From positions 6,484 through 70,483 of the forward strand of contig JAUNPQ010000003.1 in the NCBI GenBank assembly GCA_030536615.1: 64,000 bases of DNA, written 5' to 3'. The stretch's first letter is position 1. The number at the start of each line of letters is the position of its first letter. Origin of the DNA: Bacteroidales bacterium (GTDB lineage Bacteria > Bacteroidota > Bacteroidia > Bacteroidales > Muribaculaceae). Below, one piece after another: positions 31,122 through 42,348 of this stretch. The position numbers and the translations under genes are program-made. The notes under the pieces are model-generated. The model was not told the origin of the DNA. It made no database searches and worked only from the letters and a program-made list of their open reading frames with translations.

Positions 31122-31580
31122 CTATTCTTTCTGCAAGTCCGGAAGCATGTCCGAGACATCCATTCCATAAGCCTGCAGTTCTCTCACTGCCGACGAAGAC
31201 ACGCATTCCAGTTCAGGAAGCGCATACATCAGCAGCGTCTCGATGCCGGAAATCCGACGGTTCAGCATGGCCATGTTACGTTCATATTCAAAATCGGCCA
31301 CGGAGCGCACCCCGCGCAGCAACACCGTTGCTCCTGCGGCCCGGGCAGCTTCTACTGTCAGATTGGTGTATACAATGACTTCCACTTTCGGTTCGCCGGC
31401 ATATAGCTCCGCAATGTGCGCACGGCGATCCTCAGCACCGGCCATTGACTCAGGCTTGCCGGCATTCGCTCCTATGGCAATCACCACTCCATCCGGAAAA
31501 ATATTCAGCGCACGCTCAACTATCGAGGCGTGGCCTATGGTGAAAGGGTGGAATGATCCGGCGAAAAATGCTTTTGTCAT
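31122..31580 (-). CDS. coaD: Phosphopantetheine adenylyltransferase
   Basis: FAGSFHPFTIGH, LRGVRSVADFEYE, SSSAVRE. Confidence 0.92.
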   Translation of the reverse strand: MTKAFFAGSFHPFTIGHASIVERALNIFPDGVVIAIGANAGKPESMAGAEDRRAHIAELYAGEPKVEVIVYTNLTVEAARAAGATVLLRGVRSVADFEYERNMAMLNRRISGIETLLMYALPELECVSSSAVRELQAYGMDVSDMLPDLQKE

Positions 31581-31587
31581 GATACGG

Positions 31588-33555
31588 TCAGCTTATCTGT
31601 GAATCATCTTCAATAACAAGATTGTCTATTATGAAGTTCTGGCGCTCCATTGTATTTTTTCCCATATAGAATTCCAACACGTCCGACACGCCGTCATCTT
31701 TGCGCAGATTCACCCTGTCAAGTCTCATCTCCGGTCCTATGAACGCACGGAATTCATCGGGGGTTATCTCTCCAAGTCCTTTGAATCGGGTGATCTCTGC
31801 ATTCTGCTGTCCCACCCGGTCAATCGCCGCGATACGCTCATCATCGCTGTAACAATAATAGGTATCATCATCTTTGCCGGCTTTATGCTTGCCGCGTTTT
31901 GCGGTTTTACGGTTGCGGACACGGAAGAGAGGCGTCTGAAGCACATAGAGATGTCCGCGCTTTATGAGTTCGGGGAAGAACTGCAGGAAGAATGTAATCA
32001 TCAGCAGTCTGATATGCATGCCGTCAACATCGGCATCGGTGGCTATGATCACTTTGTTATAGCGGAGGTCATCAATTGAATCCTCTATGTTCAGGGCTGC
32101 CTGCAGGGCATTGAATTCATCATTTTCATAAACCACCTTTTTGGTAAGACCGAATGTGTTGAGCGGCTTGCCGCGGAGTGAGAACACAGCCTGCGTGCGC
32201 ACATCGCGGATCTTGGTGATGGAACCGGCTGCCGAGTCTCCCTCGGTGATGAAAATGGATGATTCCTCCTTTACATCCGGATCACCTTTTGCATCTGAGA
32301 GATGGATGGTGCAGTCAAGAAGTTTCTTGTTGTGGATGTTCACCTTCTTTGCCTTTTCACGGGCAAGTTTGGTGACGCCCGCCATAGCCTTGCGGTCACG
32401 TTCGCTCTCCTGTATTTTTTTGAGCATAACTTCGGCCGCTGCCGGCTCACGATGCAGATAGTTGTCCAGTTCACGTTTGATGAAATCACCTATGAACTTG
32501 GCCACTGTAGGGCCATCAGGCCCCATCATCTGCGAGCCGAGTTTTGTTTTGGTCTGGCTCTCGAAAATGGGCTCCTGCACTTTTATGGCAATTGCGGCGA
32601 CCATGCCGTTGCGTATGTCGGAAAACTCAAAGTTCTTGCCGAAAAATTCCTTGATGGTGCGCGATGCGTTTTCTTTGAATGCGGAAAGATGTGTGCCTCC
32701 CTGAGTGGTATGCTGTCCGTTGACGAATGAATAATATTCCTCGCCATATTGATTGGCATGGGTTATGGCCACTTCTATGTCTGTGCCCGTGAGATGAATG
32801 ACTGGATACAGGGCATCCTTTGTCATGTTCTCGGCAAGCAGATCAAGCAGACCGTGACGCGAGGCATAACGTTTCCCGTTGTAGAGTATTGAGAGTCCTA
32901 CATTCAGGAATGTATAGTTTTTGATGAGAGGGGTGATGAATTCCTCGCGGAAACGGTAGTCGCGGAATATGGTGTTGTCAGGGGTGAAGCTGACATATGT
33001 GCCGTTAGGTTCGTCGCACGGTTCCAATCCTGTCTCAGAGACAATGGTGCCGCAGCTGAACACAACTTTTTTCATCTGCCCGTCACGCACGCTCTTTATC
33101 TCAAAGTTACTTGACAGAGCGTTTACTGCTTTTATGCCCACTCCGTTCTGTCCAACAGATTTCTTGAAGGTCTTGGTGTCGAACTTTCCTCCGGTATTCA
33201 GTTTTGAGGCAACATCAACAAGTTTTCCAAGAGGCACGCCGCGGCCATAGTCACGCACGCTTACCGTAGAGTCAGTGATGTCAACCACAATGCGGCGTCC
33301 AAAGCCCATCATGTATTCATCTATTGAGTTGTCAAGGACTTCTTTCAGCAGAACATATATACCGTCATCAGCACCTGTTCCGTCACCAAGCTTTCCGATA
33401 TACATGCCCGGACGCAGACGTATATGTTCGCGCCAGTCAAGGCTTTTTATATTGTCTTCGGAATATCCTGCAAGTTGATCGGACGTGGTCTGGAATTCTG
33501 CCGTATCCTCGCTGCCGGCATCAAAAAGTGTCTGCCGGTCATGTTCTTCACTCAT
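31588..33555 (-). CDS. parE: DNA topoisomerase IV subunit B
   Basis: [53 protein letters not shown]. Confidence 0.9.
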   Translation of the reverse strand: MSEEHDRQTLFDAGSEDTAEFQTTSDQLAGYSEDNIKSLDWREHIRLRPGMYIGKLGDGTGADDGIYVLLKEVLDNSIDEYMMGFGRRIVVDITDSTVSVRDYGRGVPLGKLVDVASKLNTGGKFDTKTFKKSVGQNGVGIKAVNALSSNFEIKSVRDGQMKKVVFSCGTIVSETGLEPCDEPNGTYVSFTPDNTIFRDYRFREEFITPLIKNYTFLNVGLSILYNGKRYASRHGLLDLLAENMTKDALYPVIHLTGTDIEVAITHANQYGEEYYSFVNGQHTTQGGTHLSAFKENASRTIKEFFGKNFEFSDIRNGMVAAIAIKVQEPIFESQTKTKLGSQMMGPDGPTVAKFIGDFIKRELDNYLHREPAAAEVMLKKIQESERDRKAMAGVTKLAREKAKKVNIHNKKLLDCTIHLSDAKGDPDVKEESSIFITEGDSAAGSITKIRDVRTQAVFSLRGKPLNTFGLTKKVVYENDEFNALQAALNIEDSIDDLRYNKVIIATDADVDGMHIRLLMITFFLQFFPELIKRGHLYVLQTPLFRVRNRKTAKRGKHKAGKDDDTYYCYSDDERIAAIDRVGQQNAEITRFKGLGEITPDEFRAFIGPEMRLDRVNLRKDDGVSDVLEFYMGKNTMERQNFIIDNLVIEDDSQIS

Positions 33556-33626
33556 AGATTGGTCGCTTTATTGTGTAACATACAAATTTACAAAAAATCC
33601 TCCGTTCCGCAAAATAAACTTCTGTG

Positions 33627-34661
33627 TCAACGCACGGTCATCTCGCCTTGCAGAGGCTGACGCAGGGCTTCAATGACCTGATCATGCCGCAGCCCGCGAC
33701 CAAACAGACTCATCATCTTGGTTATCGCGGCCTCACAGGTGATGTCATAACCTGACAACACACCGGCGGCAGAGAGGATATCGGCCGAGACATACCTGTT
33801 GGGCGAAACTGACCCGTGGAAACACTGTGTCACATTGAGGATGATGATGCCACGTGCAATGGCATCCTTAATGGCGTCTATGAACCAGTTTGCCGTGGGA
33901 CAGTTTCCGGCGCCGTAAGTTCTGAGGACAATGCCTTTCAGGCCGGGAGTATAAAGAATATGGTTCAATGTCACCCGGCTGAGACCTGGAAACAGATCGA
34001 CAATCGCCACTGACGGATCAAAGTCATACACAACATTGAGCTGGCTGTCAGGGGCCGGACGCATCAGAGCTTCAAGATTATATTCGATGCCGAGCCCTAT
34101 ACGCGCCAAAGCCGGATAATTGTTGCTCTTGAATGCATTGAAATTGTCCGCACTGCGTTTTGATGACCGGTTTCCGCGCCACAGATAGTTTTCAAAGAGG
34201 ATAGCCACCTCGCGTACCATTGGCAGACCGTCGGCATCGCGGGCAGCCGCTATCTGAAGGGCTGTGATCAGGTTTTCCTCACCGTCGGTACGCACCTCGC
34301 CTATGGGCAACTGTGAGCCTGTGATGATAACGGGGCGATTGAGTCCACGGAGCATGAATGACAACGCCGAAGCTGTATAGGCCATGGTATCAGTACCATG
34401 TAGCACTACAAAGCCATCATATCTGGAATAGTTGCCGTCTATGATACGCGCCATCTGCTGCCAATGGGCGATGCTCATGTCGCTGGAGTCAATGGGCGGA
34501 TGAAACTGGAAATTGTCAATTTCATAATCCAGCATTTTCACTTTTGGCACGTTTTCCATGAGATGGCTGAAGTCAAAGGGCCGCAGCGTGCGCGTGCTCT
34601 GGTCTTCAATCATCCCGATTGTGCCGCCGGTGTATATGACAAGTATACGGGGTTGTTTCAT
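33627..34661 (-). CDS. ansA: L-asparaginase type I
   Basis: IYTGGTIGM, HGTDTMAY, TGSQLP, YGAGN. Confidence 0.9.
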   Translation of the reverse strand: MKQPRILVIYTGGTIGMIEDQSTRTLRPFDFSHLMENVPKVKMLDYEIDNFQFHPPIDSSDMSIAHWQQMARIIDGNYSRYDGFVVLHGTDTMAYTASALSFMLRGLNRPVIITGSQLPIGEVRTDGEENLITALQIAAARDADGLPMVREVAILFENYLWRGNRSSKRSADNFNAFKSNNYPALARIGLGIEYNLEALMRPAPDSQLNVVYDFDPSVAIVDLFPGLSRVTLNHILYTPGLKGIVLRTYGAGNCPTANWFIDAIKDAIARGIIILNVTQCFHGSVSPNRYVSADILSAAGVLSGYDITCEAAITKMMSLFGRGLRHDQVIEALRQPLQGEMTVR

Positions 34662-34694
34662 GGTGTGGACAAATTGATATTACTAAACGTCCTC

Positions 34695-36737
34695 TTATTT
34701 CACCTGTACGCCCGGAGCTACCGGTGCAGAAGGTCCGATCACAACGAGGCGTCCGTCGCGGTCCTCGGCGGAGAGAATCATGCCCTGCGATACAATTCCT
34801 TTGAGTTTGCGTGGCGGAAGATTGGCGATGAAGCACACCTGATGCCCCACAAGATCAGCGGGATCATAGTATTTGGCTATGCCTGAGACTATGGTGCGTT
34901 TCTCCATTCCGTCATCAATCAGGAAGCGGAGCAGTTTGTCGGCTTTGGGAACGCGCTCACACTCAAGGACGGTACCCACACGGATGTCGGCTTTCATAAA
35001 TGTATCAAAGTCCACATCGGCACTCTGCGGTGCAGGCTTCCAGGCATTAATCTCGTTGTTGCGTTTTGTCTCCTGCAGGCGCGTTATCTGTGCCTGAACA
35101 GCGTCATCTTCAATCTTCTCAAACATAAACTCAGGTGCACCGAGCATCGTGCCTCCCGCAACAAGATCACGGCGTCCTATCATGCTCCATTCCAACGGTT
35201 TGTCAAGTCCCACCATTTTGCAAAGCCGTTTGCTCATGAACGGTGTGAACGGTTCAAAAGCAACTGCGATGGAACCGCATATCTGAAGTGCTGTATAAAG
35301 GATCGTGGCTACGCGCCCTATGTCTGTCTTGGCCACTTTCCATGGTTCTGTCTCTTGAAGATATCTGTTGCCGAGGCGCGCCAGATTCATGGCTTCTTTC
35401 AGCGCATCGCGGAAATGGAAAGTGTCTATGTTCTGGCTCATGGCCGTGCGGATGCGGTCCATCTCGTCAAAAACAGCGGTCTCAGCATCGGTCATGTGCA
35501 CATCAGCAGGTACTTTTCCGTCAAAATACTTGTGTGTCAGCACCACGGCACGGTTCACGAAGTTACCCAATATAGCCACCAGCTCGCTGTTGTTGCGTGT
35601 CTGGAAGTCGGCCCATGTGAAATCGTTGTCCTTGGTCTCAGGGGCGTTTGCCGTAAGGACATATCTCAGCACATCCTGTTTGCCGGGGAAATCCTGCAGG
35701 TATTCATGCAGCCATACGGCCCAGTTTCGCGATGTTGATATCTTGTCTCCCTCAAGATTAAGGAATTCATTGGCCGGCACATTGTCAGGAAGCTGATAAT
35801 TGTCGCCATAAGCCATCAGCATAGTCGGGAACACAATGCAATGGAACACAATATTGTCCTTGCCTATGAAATTAATAATGCGTGTCTGCGGATCTTTCCA
35901 CCATTTTTCCCATGACTCGGGATATAGTTCACGCGTGTTTGAAATATATCCTATCGGGGCATCGAACCACACGTACAGCACTTTTCCGTCAGCGCCTTCC
36001 ACCGGCACGGGGACACCCCAGTCCAGATCACGCGACACCGCACGCGGCTGCAGACCCAGATCAAGCCATGACTTGCACTGTCCATAGACGTTCACCTTCC
36101 ATTCCTTGTGGCCGTCAAGAATCCACTTGCGCAGAGCCGGCTCCCATTTGTCAAGCGGCAGATACCAATGTTTTGTCTCACGCAGGACGGGAGTATTCCC
36201 GGTTATAGCGCTGACAGGATTTATCAGGTCGGTGGCATTGAGCGATGTGCCGCATACCTCGCACTGGTCGCCATAGGCCCGGGGGTTGTGGCAGTGCGGG
36301 CATTCGCCGACAACATAGCGGTCAGCAAGGAACTGGTTGGCTTTCTCGTCATACAGCTGCATTGAGGTCTGCTCCACAAACTCGCCCTTGTCATACAGGT
36401 GTCTGAAAAATTCTGACGCTGTCTGCGCATGCAGCTCGGTTGTGGTGCGTGAATAGACATCGAACGATATTCCAAGTTCCTCAAAAGAGTCCTTGATGAT
36501 CTTATGATACCGGTCAACGATATCCTGAGGAGTTACACCTTCGGCCTTGGCCTTTATGGTGATGGGCACCCCGTGTTCGTCACTGCCGCCCACAAGAGTG
36601 ACTTCCTGGCCGTTCAGGCGAAGGTATCTTGCATATATATCTGCGGGTACGTATACGCCGGCAAGATGGCCTATATGGACCGGTCCGTTGGCATAGGGAA
36701 GTGCGGTGGTGATCAGGGTGCGTTTGTAGTTGCTCAT
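34695..36737 (-). CDS. metG: Methionine--tRNA ligase
   Basis: [13 protein letters not shown], zinc knuckles, GDKISTS, C-terminal tRNA-binding domain. Confidence 0.97.
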   Translation of the reverse strand: MSNYKRTLITTALPYANGPVHIGHLAGVYVPADIYARYLRLNGQEVTLVGGSDEHGVPITIKAKAEGVTPQDIVDRYHKIIKDSFEELGISFDVYSRTTTELHAQTASEFFRHLYDKGEFVEQTSMQLYDEKANQFLADRYVVGECPHCHNPRAYGDQCEVCGTSLNATDLINPVSAITGNTPVLRETKHWYLPLDKWEPALRKWILDGHKEWKVNVYGQCKSWLDLGLQPRAVSRDLDWGVPVPVEGADGKVLYVWFDAPIGYISNTRELYPESWEKWWKDPQTRIINFIGKDNIVFHCIVFPTMLMAYGDNYQLPDNVPANEFLNLEGDKISTSRNWAVWLHEYLQDFPGKQDVLRYVLTANAPETKDNDFTWADFQTRNNSELVAILGNFVNRAVVLTHKYFDGKVPADVHMTDAETAVFDEMDRIRTAMSQNIDTFHFRDALKEAMNLARLGNRYLQETEPWKVAKTDIGRVATILYTALQICGSIAVAFEPFTPFMSKRLCKMVGLDKPLEWSMIGRRDLVAGGTMLGAPEFMFEKIEDDAVQAQITRLQETKRNNEINAWKPAPQSADVDFDTFMKADIRVGTVLECERVPKADKLLRFLIDDGMEKRTIVSGIAKYYDPADLVGHQVCFIANLPPRKLKGIVSQGMILSAEDRDGRLVVIGPSAPVAPGVQVK

Positions 36738-36756
36738 TATATTGATGGTGTTTTAT

Positions 36757-37587
36757 TTATTTGAAGGTGAATGTGATTGTTGCCGGGGTCTCGGCATCGG
36801 GAGCGCCGGCTGAAGCCGGGCGGGTGAATGTGCGGCTTTTCAGCTCCTGAATACAGCGGCTTTTGAGTGTTTTGTTGGCGGCGGCAGGAGCAGAACCGCC
36901 CACAACTTTCACATTACCGGCTTTTCCATTTGCATCGACTGTGAATTCAATGATAATTGAGCCTGTCACAGACGATGGAATCCGACTGTAGCCGGGCCAT
37001 TGCCATCCGCCGCCAAGCCGTCCTTTCTGCACTCCTGACGTAACTGAGTTGGAGTTGACGGGACCGGCAGAATCAGGCTTGCCGTCGGGTTTGCCGCTGT
37101 TGGCTTTGTCGGCGTTTCCATTGTCGGCATTGTGATGATCCTGCGACCGTTTGAACATATCAGCCACCTGTGTGCGTGCCGCCGATGTCTTTGGTGCTTC
37201 TTTTGTTGTTGCGGGACCCGGTTTCTGTGGCTGAGGCTTGTCAGTGACTTTCACCGTCGATGGCTTTGTCTGTGTTGTCTCATGTGCGGGCGTGGCCTCC
37301 TTACCGGCATCGACAAGGGCTGTGCCTGTCTGGGGAGCCGTACGGCTGTCGGCATCCACACGTTCCGGTAACTGAGCGGCAGCGGCCATGTCACCCGGAG
37401 CATCGGGAGGAAGAGGAATCTGCTCGGGCTCTATGAATTCTTCAGCAGCAAGTTCAATATATGGCTCAGGCTCCGGAGGCCACGGTTTTCCCGGTGACCA
37501 GTGCAGGTGTGCCAGCACAAGCCACAGCGCTATCAATGCCATGGCTATCAATGTGACAAACGCCGATATTGTCCGTTCTCTGTTCAT
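36757..37587 (-). CDS. tonB: TonB family energy transducer
   Basis: N-terminal transmembrane helix, Pro-rich linker, C-terminal domain with VDANGK...V; downstream of exbB-exbD. Confidence 0.7.
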   Translation of the reverse strand: MNRERTISAFVTLIAMALIALWLVLAHLHWSPGKPWPPEPEPYIELAAEEFIEPEQIPLPPDAPGDMAAAAQLPERVDADSRTAPQTGTALVDAGKEATPAHETTQTKPSTVKVTDKPQPQKPGPATTKEAPKTSAARTQVADMFKRSQDHHNADNGNADKANSGKPDGKPDSAGPVNSNSVTSGVQKGRLGGGWQWPGYSRIPSSVTGSIIIEFTVDANGKAGNVKVVGGSAPAAANKTLKSRCIQELKSRTFTRPASAGAPDAETPATITFTFK

Positions 37588-38051
37588 TGCTGTATGGCTG
37601 TATCGTCAGGCTGCCCATTCGCGTTGCCGGTCATATTTCCCGGCACAGGCGTTGTGGCAAGTACCATTTTCAAGTCATTGGCGGCACCGAGATTCAACAC
37701 TTCTATGACGCGTCCGTAGGCGGCCTCCACATCACCATACACGGCTATACCTGATTCCGGATCCTGTTCCTGCACTTTTTTCAGGAACATAACAAGAGAA
37801 GCATCATCGGCCAAAGGCATAGGCTCAGCATCGCCATATGCGCCCTGCAGACTACCATCGGCCAGTACATATACGCGGGTTATGGGCTTGAGCTGCGTCT
37901 GTTCCGCACTCTGCGGGAGGTTCACCTCCAGAGCGGTAGGGAAGATGAATGTGCTCGTCACCATGAAGAATACCAGCAGAAGGAACACAACGTCAGTCAT
38001 AGACGCCATGGAGAAAGTTGCCAGCATACGTTGTTGCTTTTTCAGTGACAT
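37584..38051 (-). CDS. exbD: Biopolymer transport protein ExbD/TolR
   Basis: SMTDVVFLLLVFFM, EVNLP. Confidence 0.9.
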   Translation of the reverse strand: MSLKKQQRMLATFSMASMTDVVFLLLVFFMVTSTFIFPTALEVNLPQSAEQTQLKPITRVYVLADGSLQGAYGDAEPMPLADDASLVMFLKKVQEQDPESGIAVYGDVEAAYGRVIEVLNLGAANDLKMVLATTPVPGNMTGNANGQPDDTAIQQ

Positions 38052-38124
38052 GAAAGTTTTTCAGTAATGGATTTATACATTATATATGATAACGTTTCCG
38101 GATCTGCGGGATGTTTCCGGACTC

Positions 38125-38781
38125 TTATTTCGCCGGTTCATTGAGCAAGTCCATGAAGTCCATGGTACGTGCCTCCATGTGGTTCATGGTCGCATTCAGA
38201 CGGCTCACCAGATAGTTGTAGGCGAACATGGCGATAATACCCACTATAAGACCTGCGACAGTAGTCACCAGAGCCGTATAGATACCTCCGGCAAAATCGC
38301 CTATCTGAGCCGAACTTCCGCTCTGCGCTATGGCATAGAACGATTGTACCATGCCTATCACTGTACCCAGAAAACCTATCATGGGGGCAGCGGCGGCTAT
38401 GGTAGCCAGCCATGTGAATCCTTTGGAGAGTGCGGCCACTTCAAGGTTGCCGGTGTTCTCAATGGTCACAAGGACATCATTCATGGGCCGGCCTATACGT
38501 GTCAGGCCTTTGGCTATAAGGCGTGAATATGGTGTGTCTGTGTTGTCGCAGAGTTTTCCGGCGCTCTCAATCTCGCCGTTGTGTATATAGTCCTTTATGC
38601 GCTTCATGAATGTGTCATCCTGACGCGATGCTTTGCCGATGACAATGGCACGTTCCACAAAAACATAGATACAGATTGCAAGCAGCAGAGCAAGGACAAT
38701 CATGATCCAGCCGCCGTCAAGGCAGAGTCTCCATAGGGATATTTCGGGGCCGGCGGTCTGGGCTGTCTGAAGTAATAGCAT
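38125..38781 (-). CDS. exbB: MotA/TolQ/ExbB proton channel protein
   Basis: APMIGFLGTVIGM, ALVTTVAGLIVGI. Confidence 0.9.
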   Translation of the reverse strand: MLLLQTAQTAGPEISLWRLCLDGGWIMIVLALLLAICIYVFVERAIVIGKASRQDDTFMKRIKDYIHNGEIESAGKLCDNTDTPYSRLIAKGLTRIGRPMNDVLVTIENTGNLEVAALSKGFTWLATIAAAAPMIGFLGTVIGMVQSFYAIAQSGSSAQIGDFAGGIYTALVTTVAGLIVGIIAMFAYNYLVSRLNATMNHMEARTMDFMDLLNEPAK

Positions 38782-38848
38782 GATGATTAGCGTATTGATT
38801 GGTTGATGTTGATTTTACAAAAGTAGTTAACCTGAGGCATTTATTGTT

Positions 38849-39562
38849 TCACACAAGACAGGCGCGATACCTGGCAATAGTCTCTTCGATGCCAAGATAA
38901 AGGGCATCGCATATCAGCGCATGGCCTATTGAGACCTCGTCAAGGTGAGGCAAAGTTTCGGCAAAATACCGGAGATTGGACAGATTGAGATCATGGCCTG
39001 CATTGACGCCTATGCCGGCATGGTGGGCTGCCATCGAGGCCTCCACATATGGGGCAACCGCTGCGGCAGCATCGGTTGCATAAGCATCCGCATAAGGTTT
39101 GGTATACAATTCCACTCTGTCAGCACCCGTCTTTGCGGCCAGACGCACACTTTCCACATCCGGTCGGATAAAGACAGATGACCGTATACCGGCCTCACGC
39201 AGACGGTCAACAATCTCAGTGAGAAACGAAAAATTATCTTCTACGTTCCAGCCGTCTGATGATGTGAGCGCCGAGGGAGCATCCGGCACAAGAGTAACCT
39301 GCTCGGGCCGCGCCCTGAGCACCAGATCCATGAATTCAGGGGTGGGATTGCCTTCTATGTTGAATTCAGTTGTCACAACCGCCCGCAATGCGAACACGTC
39401 ATCATGGCGTATGTGACGTTGGTCGGGTCTGGGATGAATGGTTATACCCTGCACGCCATATCGCTGACAGTCCGCGGCAAATTTTGCCACATCAGGCATA
39501 TTCTCACCTCTGGCATTGCGTAATGTCGCTATTTTATTGATATTTACACTTAGAGTTGTCAT
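38849..39562 (-). CDS. pdxJ: Pyridoxine 5'-phosphate synthase
   Basis: [38 protein letters not shown]. Confidence 0.95.
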   Translation of the reverse strand: MTTLSVNINKIATLRNARGENMPDVAKFAADCQRYGVQGITIHPRPDQRHIRHDDVFALRAVVTTEFNIEGNPTPEFMDLVLRARPEQVTLVPDAPSALTSSDGWNVEDNFSFLTEIVDRLREAGIRSSVFIRPDVESVRLAAKTGADRVELYTKPYADAYATDAAAAVAPYVEASMAAHHAGIGVNAGHDLNLSNLRYFAETLPHLDEVSIGHALICDALYLGIEETIARYRACLV

Positions 39563-39716
39563 TCTTGCCTTACATGGTTTGCCATGTATTTATTTTGATG
39601 ATAATTCTTGTCGATGCCAAAAAAAATCGTAAATTTGTACAATCAGAGTACAAAAATAGTCAGAAATAATAAAATACGGAAAAATTTTGACCTCAAATAA
39701 CGATGCAGCTGCTGAA

Positions 39717-40040
39717 ATGATGCGGTTGTTCCCTGAAAATGCAGAGAGCGGCTGCCTGACGGTGGCATGCGCGCAGGCTGATTACAGTGCCTCGTTGATT
39801 GCACGTGCCGTTGAAGACGCCGACGCACATCTGCTCAATCTGAATGTCACATCAGCGACAGGCCCGTTGCACGGCGTTGTGGTGGAACTCAGGGTTTCAC
39901 ACCGCGACACATCGGCTGTGGCCCGCTCACTGTCACGCCACGGCTATACCATACTCGAAGCCGACAGCGACTGTGACGGCATGCAGCCGTCGGAGCGCTA
40001 CAACCCTTATGCCGCGCTGGTGCGCTATCTTGAGATCTGA
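39717..40040 (+). CDS. ACT-like small protein, C-terminal half of the Bacteroidetes CBS-domain protein
   Basis: DYSASLIARAVE...L...RHGY...LVRYLEI; sits between pdxJ and nadK; TAAATTTG promoter at 39630-39637; first in-frame ATG 39717 (TTG 39687 possible). Confidence 0.6.
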   Translation: MMRLFPENAESGCLTVACAQADYSASLIARAVEDADAHLLNLNVTSATGPLHGVVVELRVSHRDTSAVARSLSRHGYTILEADSDCDGMQPSERYNPYAALVRYLEI

Positions 40041-40113
40041 TGCATGACATCCATTGTCCTTTACACCAATTTATTTCGCTCTCACTGTTGAACTCATAGA
40101 TGACTGACCGATC

Positions 40114-40980
40114 ATGTTGAAAATAGCTATATACGGAAGCCGCAGACAAGCCCCATATAAAGAGAAAATCCGCGCTCTGTTGCGCCGTCTGGCCCTGAGC
40201 GATGTTTGCATTCTTATGGACCGAAAACTTTACCGCCATCTGGCCGATGATCTGGGCATGTCGTTGCCGGGAGTCTGCGAGGCCCCGGAAGCATACGCCG
40301 ATATGGAGGACGTGGATATGGTGCTCAGCATAGGCGGGGACGGCACTTTTCTGCGTACAGCCGCATGGGTGGGCCGGGCAGGGACACCCGTGCTGGGAAT
40401 CAACACGGGACACTTAGGTTATATGGCACCTTTGTCAATAGATGATGCTCCGGAATATGTGGACTGCATTACTGCCGGAGACTATAATGTTGAACCGCGA
40501 TCACTTATAGCAGTGGAGGGAATAAAAACTCATGGGTGGCCGTACGCGCTCAATGAAGTGGTTCTTTCAAAAGATGACTCGGCCTCGATGGTCTCCGCCG
40601 TGGCGAAGATAGACGGGATTGATCTGGCAACATATAAAGCTGACGGTCTGATCATAGCCACTCCGACCGGCAGCACCGCCTACAACCTCAGTGCCGGAGG
40701 CCCGATTGTACAGCCATCGGCACCGGTGGTTGTCCTGACACCTATAGCCGCTCATTCATTAGGCATGCGTCCGCTCGTTGTAAACGGTGATTCCTGCCTG
40801 AGTGTCAGGGTAGAGGGCCGCGGACATACATTCCGCCTGACTCTGGACGGCCGCACAACCGTCGTTCCCATGGGCACTGAAATATCACTGCACAGAGCCG
40901 ATTTTACGGTCAACGTAGTGCAACCGCACGGAGCCGGTTTTCCCAATGTACTTCACGACAAACTGATGTTCAATGCCTGA
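40114..40980 (+). CDS. nadK: NAD kinase
   Basis: GGDGTFL, GINTGHLG, ALNE, DGLIIATPTGSTAYNLSAGGP. Confidence 0.95.
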   Translation: MLKIAIYGSRRQAPYKEKIRALLRRLALSDVCILMDRKLYRHLADDLGMSLPGVCEAPEAYADMEDVDMVLSIGGDGTFLRTAAWVGRAGTPVLGINTGHLGYMAPLSIDDAPEYVDCITAGDYNVEPRSLIAVEGIKTHGWPYALNEVVLSKDDSASMVSAVAKIDGIDLATYKADGLIIATPTGSTAYNLSAGGPIVQPSAPVVVLTPIAAHSLGMRPLVVNGDSCLSVRVEGRGHTFRLTLDGRTTVVPMGTEISLHRADFTVNVVQPHGAGFPNVLHDKLMFNA

Positions 40981-41698
40981 ATATGTGGTCTCACAGACCT
41001 ACCGCGATGACGTTCTGGGCATTGTACATATCTCGGTGCGCTCCAACCTGCGCAACGCGTCAGCACGATGGTCAGGAAATGTGTTGAGGCTCAATCTTCC
41101 GCCCCACACCACACTGCGCCAATACCACACCATCATGGACGAGTGGCGTCCGCGGTTGCTGGAATTACGGCCACTAACAGCACGCTACAGCCACGGGCAG
41201 TTATTCAATTTCACAGATTTCACTGTAAATATAGCACACGCGGCAGACAGACTGGCACATGTTGTGTCGGCAACGCAATCCGGTGACTGTAATTTTGTCA
41301 TTACGCTAAGCGCTGAAAAAGATTTCTCGGACCCGGAAGTTGAACAGGCAATAAGTGTCCGGCTGACGGCGATAGCCCGATTCATGGCCCGTAAATATCT
41401 TCCGGAGATAGCTTCCGCTGAATTCAGGCGCATAGGAGTATATCCCTCAGCGCTGAAGATTTCACACGGAGCGCAACGCCTTGGCTATTGCTCGGCAAAA
41501 GGTGAGATAGCATTAAGCTATATGATCATGTTTCTTCCGCCACACCTCAGGCGCTACATCATATGCCATGAGGCGGCACACCTGACAGAAATGAACCATT
41601 CCGCCCGTTTTCACGCGCTGGCTGACAGGTATCTTGACGGGATGGAGAAAGATTTGGCGAAACAGCTTAAAAAATTTGCATGGCCGGTGCTCAGATAA
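40973..41698 (+). CDS. YgjP-like (DUF45/SprT-type) metal-dependent hydrolase
   Basis: GYCS, YIICHEAAHL-EMNHSARF zincin motif. Confidence 0.75.
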   Translation: MPEYVVSQTYRDDVLGIVHISVRSNLRNASARWSGNVLRLNLPPHTTLRQYHTIMDEWRPRLLELRPLTARYSHGQLFNFTDFTVNIAHAADRLAHVVSATQSGDCNFVITLSAEKDFSDPEVEQAISVRLTAIARFMARKYLPEIASAEFRRIGVYPSALKISHGAQRLGYCSAKGEIALSYMIMFLPPHLRRYIICHEAAHLTEMNHSARFHALADRYLDGMEKDLAKQLKKFAWPVLR

Positions 41699-41727
41699 TT
41701 GCGGCAATGTCACATTACCGGCAATGA

Positions 41728-42282
41728 TCACTGAAACAGAGGCGCATCCTCAAAATTCAGGCCACGTCTGTCTTTGTCGCTGACCACAAACGCAGTCGCC
41801 AGCTGAGGCCACTTGATTGCCAGACACGGATCATCATAGCGTATGCTGATCTCACTGTCAGGACAATACACATTGTCAACCTTATATTGGAACTGAGCCA
41901 TCTCTCCGGTAACAAGGAATCCGTGCGCAAAGCCGCGCGGCACAAAAAGCTGACGGCCGTTTTCCTGACTCAGTGTTACGGCTATATGCTGCATGAATGT
42001 AGGGGACGAGCGCCGCAGATCAACAGCAACATCAAGGACTTCCCCACGGCTTACGCGCACAAGTTTGGCCTGCGATGCCTCGTCGCGCTGATAGTGCAGC
42101 CCCCGGAGCACGCCATGCCCGGACTCCGACTCATTGTCCTGAATGAATTCCACCGGTCCGACATGCTGTCTGAAAACATCGGCGCGGAATGACTCCATGA
42201 AATAGCCCCGGCTGTCACCGAAGTGCTGAGGCTCAATGATCCACACGCCATGAAGCGCGGTGGGAATGAATTTCATGCTCAT
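41728..42282 (-). CDS. rfbC: dTDP-4-dehydrorhamnose 3,5-epimerase
   Basis: DSRGYFME, RGLHYQ, QAKLVRV, VPRGFAHGF, YKVDN; start 42282 or 42276. Confidence 0.93.
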   Translation of the reverse strand: MSMKFIPTALHGVWIIEPQHFGDSRGYFMESFRADVFRQHVGPVEFIQDNESESGHGVLRGLHYQRDEASQAKLVRVSRGEVLDVAVDLRRSSPTFMQHIAVTLSQENGRQLFVPRGFAHGFLVTGEMAQFQYKVDNVYCPDSEISIRYDDPCLAIKWPQLATAFVVSDKDRRGLNFEDAPLFQ

Positions 42283-42300
42283 CTTTTTCTTTCTTTGCCA

Positions 42301-42317
42301 CAAATTTAATAATTTTG
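42301..42317. promoter_or_regulatory. Back-to-back divergent TAnnTTTG elements
   Basis: CAAATTTA (minus, 42301-42308) and TAATTTTG (plus, 42310-42317). Confidence 0.6.
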
Positions 42318-42348
42318 TGTCAAATAACAATTCAAGCTCTGAGCATTT

